This document shows, one piece after another, positions 9,907 to 16,213 of a DNA stretch of 16,213 bases (position 1 is the first letter of the stretch; every line of letters begins with the position of its first letter). The stretch lies in contig CAJWLU010000046.1 in assembly GCA_913043225.1 (NCBI GenBank), forward strand, positions 1 to 16,213, read 5' to 3'. Below the pieces are notes generated by a model. The model was given only the letters and a program-made list of their open reading frames with translations, was not told where the DNA came from and searched no databases. The translations under genes were made by a program, and so were the position numbers. This stretch comes from an uncultured Acidobacteriota bacterium (GTDB lineage Bacteria; Acidobacteriota; Vicinamibacteria; Vicinamibacterales; UBA8438).

Positions 9907-10055
9907 TGGAGCGCTGGCGCCCTGCCGCTTGGCTGGGTGGACCGGAAGCGCCCTGAAGAAAGCGAGTCTCTGGTCCAGCTTTGACCAGTTGTGGCATGGC
10001 CATCGACGGAAGGAACTCATTAGCACGCGCGAGGTTAGACATCCGCTGTCGACCG

Positions 10056-10084
10056 TTGCGGAGATGACCGAGGGGCGTTACCAT
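10056..10084 (+). promoter_or_regulatory. Putative sigma70 promoter for the DUF1592 operon
   Basis: TTGCGG (10056-10061), 17-nt spacer, TACCAT (10079-10084), about 70 nt upstream of ATG 10156. Confidence 0.45.
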
Positions 10085-10155
10085 GAGCACCTGGAGGGAG
10101 TGTGTGTAACGGCGTGGTGACCGCCGCCGTGGAGAGACTGGTGCAGAGGAGACCG

Positions 10156-12549
10156 ATGCGCACGTTACGGCGTGGGGCCCTGGCCGTCCTGACCGTGGGA
10201 CTGGCGATGCCGGTCGCCGCGCAGGAGCCGCCGGCCGCCCATCGGGGGGTGCTGGACCGCTACTGTGTGGCCTGCCACAACGATCGCACCCTGCAGGCCG
10301 GACTGACGCTCCAGTCGGTGGACATGGAGCGCATCGGCCAGGTCGTCGACGAGGTCGAGGTGTGGGAGAAGGTGGCGCACAAGCTGCGTGGCCGTGCGAT
10401 GCCGCCGCCCGGACGTCCGCGCCCGGAGGATGCCCTGTATGACCGGGTCGCCGAGTCACTCGAGGCCGCCCTCGACGCGGCAGCCGCGGCGAATCCCGAC
10501 CCGGGACAGCCTCCGATTCACCGTCTAAACCGCGCCGAGTACCGGAACGCCGTTCGAGACCTGCTGGCGCTCGAGATCGACGAAACCACCCTGCTTCCTC
10601 CTGACGAGTCAGGCTACGGGTTCGACAACATCGCCGACATCCTGGCGGTTTCGCCCCTCCTCTTGGACCGCTACATGGCCGCCGCGGAGAAGATCAGTCG
10701 CCTGGCGATGGGTGACGCTGACACGATCCTGCCCGCCATCGAATCGCACAGCATCCCCTACACGAAGTGGCAGAACGGTCGAATGAGCGAGGGGCTGCCG
10801 TTCGGAACGCGCGGCGGTCTGGCCGTGCGTCATCACTTTCCTGTCGACGGCGAATACGAGATCAAGCTCGTGCTGCTCCGGGCCTACGGCAACCACATTC
10901 GCGGGTTGGGCGAGCGTAACGAGATCGAGCTAAGGCTGGATCGGGAACGAGTCGCCGAGTTCGCGGTGGGAGGCGATGGGGTGCGAGCGCCGTGGGACGC
11001 CGTGTCTCGACCGACGCTCTACGAGCAGATCGCGGACGAGGGTTTGCAGATCCGGGTTGAGGTCAAGGCGGGCACCAGACTGCTGAGCGCGGCGTTCGTC
11101 GAGCAGGGCGCCGTCGCAGAGGGTGAGTTGACGCCGCAGGCGGCGGTGTCGAGTCTTGCGTTCTCACGAGACCGCAACCTGGCGATGGCGCTCGACCGTG
11201 TCGAGATTCGCGGACCGTTCGAGGGGCGGCAACCAGAGGATTCAGCCAGCCGGCGGCAGGTGTTCGTCTGCCATCCGGACGCCGGCGCCGAAGAGAACGC
11301 GTGCGCACAGGAGATCCTGTCGACGCTGGCGCGTCGGGCGTTCCGACGACCGGTGAGCGACGAGGATGTGGCTCCGCTCGTGTCGCTCTTCGACGAGGGA
11401 CGGCAGGATGGCGGGTTCGAGCGAGGTATCCAGTTCGCCCTGCGCGGTATCCTGATCGACCCCGAGTTCCTGTTTCGTGTCGAGCGCGACCCGACGGGTA
11501 TCGCCCCCGGGACGGCGTTCCCGCTCAGCGACCTCGAGCTGGCGTCTCGGCTCTCGTTCTTCCTGTGGAGCAGCGTGCCGGATGACGAACTGACCGACAT
11601 CGCGGCCCGCGGCGCCCTGCGCGATGCAGGCGCGCTCGAGGCCCAGGTGGTCCGGATGCTGGGCGATCCGAAGTCGGACGCACTGCTCGACAACTTCTTC
11701 GGGCAGTGGCTGCTGTTGCGCAATGTCGGCAGCGCGGCTCCGGATCCGGACGCGTTTCTCGACTTCGACGAGAACCTGCGCGAGGCGATGGAGCGGGAAA
11801 CCGAGCTTTTCGTCCGGAGTCAAGTCCGTGACGATCAGAGCCTGCTGGACCTGCTCAGGGCCGACTACACGTTCATGAACGAGCGCCTGGCGGATCACTA
11901 TGGCGTTCCCAACGTCTACGGGAACCACTTCCGACGGGTGTCGACGGTGGGGACGGGACGCCAGGGGCTGCTGGGACAGGCCAGCATCCTGACCGCCACG
12001 TCCTACCCGAATCGCACGTCGCCCACCAAGCGTGGGCTCTGGGTGCTCGAGAACCTGCTGGGCGCGCCGCCCCCCCCGCCCCCGCCCGATGTGCCGGGAC
12101 TTCCGGACGCCGAGCACCCTGACGAGGGCCGCGCGATGGCGATGCGCGAGCGGATGGAAGTGCATCGGACCAGTCCGGTGTGCGCGAGCTGTCACATGCT
12201 GATGGACCCGCTCGGCTTCTCGCTCGAGAATTTCGACGGCGTGGGCGCGTGGCGAACCGAGGAGAACGGCGCACCGATTGAGGCCACGGCCACGATGCCG
12301 AACGGGCAGGAGTTCGACGGGCCGGACGGATTGCGCCAGTTGCTCCTGAATGCCGAGGAGCGATTCGCAGAGACCGTGACCGAGAAGCTGCTGACGTATG
12401 CGCTCGGTCGCGGCGTCGAGCACGTCGATCGCCCGGCGGTGCGCCAGATCACGCGCGCGGCCGGTGAGCACGACTACCGATGGTCGGCCGTCATTCAGGC
12501 CGTCGTCGAAAGCACACCGTTCCAGATGAGGAGATCGCGAGAGCCATGA
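10156..12549 (+). CDS. DUF1592-family (DUF1587/1595/1592/1588/1585) secreted di-heme cytochrome c protein
   Basis: SD AGAGGAG then ATG 10156; Sec-type signal ending VAA-Q. CxxCH motifs at 10264-10278 (CVACH) and 12181-12195 (CASCH). Family motifs WEKV..KLRGRAMPP, HRLNRAEYRNAVRDLL, YGFDNIA, LARRAFRRP, ELASRLSFFLWSSVPDDEL, NFFGQWL, YTFMNERLADHYG, RTSPTKRGLWVLENLLG.PPPPPPP, MDPLGFSLENFDGVG, EKLLTYALGRG. Confidence 0.92.
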   Translation: MRTLRRGALAVLTVGLAMPVAAQEPPAAHRGVLDRYCVACHNDRTLQAGLTLQSVDMERIGQVVDEVEVWEKVAHKLRGRAMPPPGRPRPEDALYDRVAESLEAALDAAAAANPDPGQPPIHRLNRAEYRNAVRDLLALEIDETTLLPPDESGYGFDNIADILAVSPLLLDRYMAAAEKISRLAMGDADTILPAIESHSIPYTKWQNGRMSEGLPFGTRGGLAVRHHFPVDGEYEIKLVLLRAYGNHIRGLGERNEIELRLDRERVAEFAVGGDGVRAPWDAVSRPTLYEQIADEGLQIRVEVKAGTRLLSAAFVEQGAVAEGELTPQAAVSSLAFSRDRNLAMALDRVEIRGPFEGRQPEDSASRRQVFVCHPDAGAEENACAQEILSTLARRAFRRPVSDEDVAPLVSLFDEGRQDGGFERGIQFALRGILIDPEFLFRVERDPTGIAPGTAFPLSDLELASRLSFFLWSSVPDDELTDIAARGALRDAGALEAQVVRMLGDPKSDALLDNFFGQWLLLRNVGSAAPDPDAFLDFDENLREAMERETELFVRSQVRDDQSLLDLLRADYTFMNERLADHYGVPNVYGNHFRRVSTVGTGRQGLLGQASILTATSYPNRTSPTKRGLWVLENLLGAPPPPPPPDVPGLPDAEHPDEGRAMAMRERMEVHRTSPVCASCHMLMDPLGFSLENFDGVGAWRTEENGAPIEATATMPNGQEFDGPDGLRQLLLNAEERFAETVTEKLLTYALGRGVEHVDRPAVRQITRAAGEHDYRWSAVIQAVVESTPFQMRRSREP

Positions 12550-13901
12550 TCGTCACCAAAAAGCATCTTCCGCGGCGAACGTTTCTGCGTGGGATGGGCG
12601 TGAGCCTGGCCCTGCCGTTACTCGACAGCATGGTGCCGGCGTTCGGTGGTGCCGCGGCGCGGGCGGCCGAACCGATTCGTCGGCTCGGGGTCGTGTATGT
12701 GCCCAACGGCATGTTTATGCCCAACTGGACGCCCACCATCGAGAACGCGCCGCTCGAGATCATGTCGACGCTGCAGCCACTGGCGGCGCATCGCGACAAG
12801 ATGCTGATGATCAGCGGCCTCTGCAGCGAAGAGGGCATCGCTCGCCCGGGTGAGGGAGCGGGCGACCACGCGAGGGCGGCGGGCGCGTTTCTGACCGGCG
12901 TGCATCCTAGGAAGACGGAGGGCGCCGACATCCGATCCGGAGTGTCGATGGATCAGCTCGCCGCCCGGGTTCTGGGACAGGAAACCCAGCTGGCGTCGCT
13001 GGAGCTGTCGCTCGAGTCCGCGGTGTCGCGCGCCGGGTCATGCGATCCCGGCTACAGCTGTGCGTATGCCAACACGCTGTGCTGGAGCAGTGAGACCACG
13101 CCGCTGCCGATGGAGAGCGATCCGCGGGCCGTGTTCGAGCGGCTGTTCGGCACAAGCGGCACCACCGATCCGGCCGCCTGGCTCGAGGCGCGGCAGAAGG
13201 ATCGGAGTCTGCTCGACATGGTGACCGCCAAGGCAGCTCGCTTGAGTGGCGAGCTGGGTGCCCGCGACCGGGTGAAGCTCAATGAGTATCTCGAAGCGGT
13301 GCGAGACGTGGAGCGCCGGATCCAGACCGCGGAGCGGCAGGGCACCACCGAGCTGCCGGAGATGGATCAGCCAGTCGGGGTACCGGAACGGTTCGAGGAT
13401 CACGCGAAGCTGATGTTCGATCTGCAGGTGCTGGCCTACCAGGCGGACCTGACGCGAGTCATCACGTTCATGATGGGGCACGAGACGAGCGTGCGGGCGT
13501 ATCCGGAGATCGGGGTGCCGGATGCGCACCACGCCCTGTCCCACCACGGCGGCGACCAGTCGCTGATCGAACGACTGAAGAAGGTGGACGAGTATCTGAC
13601 CACGATGGTTGCGCACTACGTTGACCGGCTGGCGGCCACGCCAGACGGAGACGGGACACTGCTCGATTCGGTGATGATCATGTTCGGCAGCGGCATGAGC
13701 GACGGCAATCGCCACGATCACCACGACCTGCCCACCGTGCTCGTCGGTGGCGGGGCCGGGCAGCTCAAGGGCGGCCGCCAGATCCGGGTCGAGGCGGATA
13801 CGCCGAACACCAATCTGTTTCTGACCATGCTCGACAAGCTTGGCGTGCCCACCGACGAGCTCGGCGACAGTACCGGCAAGCTGACGGGGTTGTCGGTCTA
13901 A
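12546..13901 (+). CDS. DUF1552 (HxxSHH) family protein, Tat-exported
   Basis: ATG 12546 overlaps the upstream TGA (ATGA). Tat signal LPRRTFLRGMGVSLALPLLDSM. Motifs VYVPNG, GDH, SMDQ, SLELS, CDPGYSCAY, P.AVFERLFG, DLTRVITF, HHALSHH (13527-13547), GTLLD, GSGMSDGNRHDHHDLP, GDSTG. Confidence 0.93.
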   Translation: MIVTKKHLPRRTFLRGMGVSLALPLLDSMVPAFGGAAARAAEPIRRLGVVYVPNGMFMPNWTPTIENAPLEIMSTLQPLAAHRDKMLMISGLCSEEGIARPGEGAGDHARAAGAFLTGVHPRKTEGADIRSGVSMDQLAARVLGQETQLASLELSLESAVSRAGSCDPGYSCAYANTLCWSSETTPLPMESDPRAVFERLFGTSGTTDPAAWLEARQKDRSLLDMVTAKAARLSGELGARDRVKLNEYLEAVRDVERRIQTAERQGTTELPEMDQPVGVPERFEDHAKLMFDLQVLAYQADLTRVITFMMGHETSVRAYPEIGVPDAHHALSHHGGDQSLIERLKKVDEYLTTMVAHYVDRLAATPDGDGTLLDSVMIMFGSGMSDGNRHDHHDLPTVLVGGGAGQLKGGRQIRVEADTPNTNLFLTMLDKLGVPTDELGDSTGKLTGLSV

Positions 13902-13910
13902 GAGGGCGCG

Positions 13911-15389
13911 ATGACACGACGGTTTCAGGCTCGAGGCTCCAGGCTTCGGGCGCTCGTGAGCGGTGTGCTGCTGTTGCTGGCCACCATTGCCAGCGCGCAG
14001 GAGGCCCGGATCGCTGACGCGGCCGAGAGGCAGGGCCCAGCGGCCGTCCGCGCATTGCTCGCCGACGGGGCGGATCCGAATCTCGGTCAGCCGGACGGAG
14101 CGACGGCGCTGCACTGGGCTGCGCACTGGAACGACCTGCAGATGGTCGAGACCCTGCTCGGCGCTGGGGCCAACCCGAATGCGGTGAACGAGCTCGGGGT
14201 CGTGCCGCTGGCCCGGGCGGCCCTGAATGCCAGTGCCGAAGTCGGGCAGGCCCTCCTCGGGGCCGGGGCTGACCCGAATCAGGCAAAGCCCAGCGGCGAG
14301 ACGGTGCTGATGGCGGCGGCGCGGACCGGAAGCGCACCGCTGGTCGAGGCGTTGCTGAGCGCTGGGGCCGACGTCGAGCCGACCACGCATTTCAAGAATC
14401 AGACACCACTGATGTGGGCGGCGGCCGAGGGACATACGGACGTTGTCCGGCTTTTGCTCGCCGCGGGAGCGGACGTGGAAGCCCGGTCGCTCCATGGCAC
14501 CACGGCGTTGCTGCTGGCGGCTCGAGCGGGTGCGGTTGACGCGGCACGGGCGCTCGTGGACGGTGGCGCGGACGTGAACGCCGCCGAGCCGGTGCTGGGG
14601 TTCAATGCCCGGATCGACGAAGAGGACGACCAGAGTTCCGGGCGGAGCCCGCTGCTCATCGCTGCCGCGAGTCGGCTGGCGATCAGTGGTGAGGAGTACA
14701 GGCTCGAGGTGAAGCCGAGCACCCACGAGGAACTGGGTCTCTACCTGCTCGGACAGGGAGCCGACCCGGACATCGCCGACAGCATCGGGCGCACGGCGCT
14801 TCACGCCGCGGTCGACACCAACAAGGTGGCGCTGGTGGCGGCCATGCTCGAGCATGGGGCCGATCCCAATGCCCGGCTGTCCCAGCCGCCCTATCCGCTC
14901 AAGGGCGATTTCGTGGCCTACGGACGATTTCGCGGCGCCAGCCCGTTGTGGCTGGCGGCGGCCGCGCGTGTGCCCAGCGTCGGTATTCTGCGGGCGCTCC
15001 TCGATGCGGGCGGCGATCCGAACGTGCCTGCCGACGATGGGACGACCCCGCTGATGGCTGCTGTCGGGGCGGTGCAGAACGAGGCGCGCCAGGCGCCCGA
15101 GTCTGATGCCTTGCAGATCGTGGAACTGTTGCTCGCACGCGAGATCGACGTGAACGCTATCGACCGCCGCGGGCGTACCGCGATTCATGAAGCGGCCCGC
15201 CTGGCAAAGAACCAGCTGATCGAAGTGATTGCCGCACGAGGCGCCGAGGTCAGTGTGGCGGACGGCCGCGGACTGGCCCCGCTCGATGTCGGCACTGCCT
15301 CACGCCCCCTCCACCCCACGACCGAGGCATTGCTGAGAAGCCTCGGCGCGGTCAGCAGCCGCGACGACGCCAACCCTGACGGTCGGTAA
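13911..15389 (+). CDS. Secreted ankyrin-repeat protein (about 11-12 repeats)
   Basis: Signal peptide ending IASA-Q. Repeats DGATALHWAA, LGVVPLARAA, SGETVLMAAA, NQTPLMWAA, HGTTALLLAA, SGRSPLLIAA, IGRTALHAAV, RGASPLWLAA, DGTTPLMAAV, RGRTAIHEAA, RGLAPLDV, separated by LL..GADPN/GADVN linkers. Starts 9 nt after the DUF1552 stop. Confidence 0.93.
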   Translation: MTRRFQARGSRLRALVSGVLLLLATIASAQEARIADAAERQGPAAVRALLADGADPNLGQPDGATALHWAAHWNDLQMVETLLGAGANPNAVNELGVVPLARAALNASAEVGQALLGAGADPNQAKPSGETVLMAAARTGSAPLVEALLSAGADVEPTTHFKNQTPLMWAAAEGHTDVVRLLLAAGADVEARSLHGTTALLLAARAGAVDAARALVDGGADVNAAEPVLGFNARIDEEDDQSSGRSPLLIAAASRLAISGEEYRLEVKPSTHEELGLYLLGQGADPDIADSIGRTALHAAVDTNKVALVAAMLEHGADPNARLSQPPYPLKGDFVAYGRFRGASPLWLAAAARVPSVGILRALLDAGGDPNVPADDGTTPLMAAVGAVQNEARQAPESDALQIVELLLAREIDVNAIDRRGRTAIHEAARLAKNQLIEVIAARGAEVSVADGRGLAPLDVGTASRPLHPTTEALLRSLGAVSSRDDANPDGR

Positions 15390-15498
15390 CCCCCTCCCCC
15401 AGGCCGGGGTCGTCTCTTTGACGCGCTTGAAACCTGAGCGCGGCTGATCCAAAGTGTGCAGGTATTCGTACATCAGAACACGGCTCCGGGAGGCAGAC

Positions 15499-16213
15499 AT
15501 GAAGAGCAGTGGCCGAGTGTGGAGTGTAGGACTGCTGGCGATCGCGATGGCGGTCGTGATGACGTGGTCGGCCGGTCGCGCGCGTGCCGCTGGCGACGAC
15601 ATCCACGGAGTCGTCACTGGCGAGCAAGGGCCCGAGGCGGGCGTCTGGGTCATCGCCGAGACTCACGACTTCGACACCGCCTTCCGGAAGATCGTGGTCA
15701 CCGATGACGGGGGACGTTACCTCGTTCCTGACTTGCCCGCGGCAGACTACGAGCTCTGGGTGCGCGGCTACGGTCTGCGCGATTCGATGAAGGTCAGCGC
15801 CGCGCCGGGCGATGAGGTGGCGCTGGACGTGGTGGATGCTACTCCCGAAGAGGCAGCCGAGATCTATCCGGCGAGTTACTGGATGTCGCTCCTCGAGGTG
15901 CCGGCGGCCAGCGATTTCCCCGGCACCGGCCCGCGAGGCAACGGCATCGGGACGGCAATGAAGACCCAGGCGGACTGGATCGACCGGATGAAGGACGGCT
16001 GTCAGCTGTGTCATCAGATCGGGAACCAGGCCACCCGGGAGATGCCGATGCTCGATGTCAGCTCGTTCGACTCGACCGCCGATGCGTGGAACTACCGCAT
16101 CCAGGCGGGAGGGGCGGGACCGGCGATGTCGGCCGAGATCAACCGCATCGGCCGGCCGCGGGCGATTCGCCTGTATTCCGAATGGTCGGACCGCATCGCC
16201 GCCGGCCAGTTGC
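15499..16213 (+). CDS. Secreted carboxypeptidase-regulatory-like domain plus CxxCH cytochrome c protein (3' truncated; absent from the ORF track)
   Basis: SD GGGAGG at 15488-15493, ATG 15499, frame open to the window end. Hand translation: MKSSGRVWSVGLLAIAMAVVMTWSAGRARA-AGDDIHGVVTGEQGPEAGVWVIAETHDFDTAFRKIVVTDDGGRYLVPDLPAADYELWVRGYGLRDS...YPASYWMSLL...FPGTGPRGNGI...MKDGCQLCHQIGNQATRE...EWSDRIAAGQL. CQLCH is at 16000-16014. Confidence 0.88.
   Translation, partial: MKSSGRVWSVGLLAIAMAVVMTWSAGRARAAGDDIHGVVTGEQGPEAGVWVIAETHDFDTAFRKIVVTDDGGRYLVPDLPAADYELWVRGYGLRDSMKVSAAPGDEVALDVVDATPEEAAEIYPASYWMSLLEVPAASDFPGTGPRGNGIGTAMKTQADWIDRMKDGCQLCHQIGNQATREMPMLDVSSFDSTADAWNYRIQAGGAGPAMSAEINRIGRPRAIRLYSEWSDRIAAGQL

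Noticed and set aside
12070..12077. C8 homopolymer as a phase-variation tract (also G7 runs at 3220-3226 and 6411-6417)
   Set aside because: The C8 run encodes the poly-Pro motif typical of this family, the reading frames are intact, and runs this short are expected in GC-rich DNA.
13911..13940. MTRRFQ as a Tat signal on the ankyrin protein
   Set aside because: It does not fit the RRxFLK spacing. A Sec signal with an ASA cleavage site is the simpler reading.
13038..15188. 716-aa minus-strand ORF, plus similar long antisense ORFs at 7637-9154, 11242-12471, 9278-10459, 4000-5034 and 5579-6472
   Set aside because: They lie antisense to well-supported genes, are Arg/His/Pro-rich and have no family motifs. 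These are typical shadow ORFs of GC-rich codon usage.
15389..15420. Terminator after the ankyrin gene
   Set aside because: Only a 4-5 bp CCCC/GGGG stem with a poor U-tract, too weak to call. Read-through into the downstream heme-protein gene remains possible.

Overview
GC-rich bacterial chromosomal segment made almost entirely of exported or periplasmic proteins. The gene repertoire resembles Acidobacteriota (Vicinamibacterales-like) or other DUF1592-rich phyla; this taxonomic call is inference only. From left to right: a small lower-GC membrane-anchored hypothetical ending at a possible solo IS3-type terminal repeat; an NHL/PAL-like beta-propeller (minus strand); then, all on the plus strand, a 14-blade PD40/TolB-like lipoprotein, an HpcH/HpaI aldolase, a signal-peptide-bearing GDH-family PQQ dehydrogenase, a cyclophilin plus prolyl oligopeptidase pair, a tightly coupled operon of a DUF1592 di-heme cytochrome c, a Tat-exported DUF1552 (HxxSHH) protein and a secreted ankyrin protein, and finally a truncated secreted CxxCH protein missing from the ORF track. 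I found no rRNA, tRNA, CRISPR array or intact mobile element. The best candidate for an undescribed system is the DUF1592/DUF1552/ankyrin cassette, possibly with the downstream heme protein.
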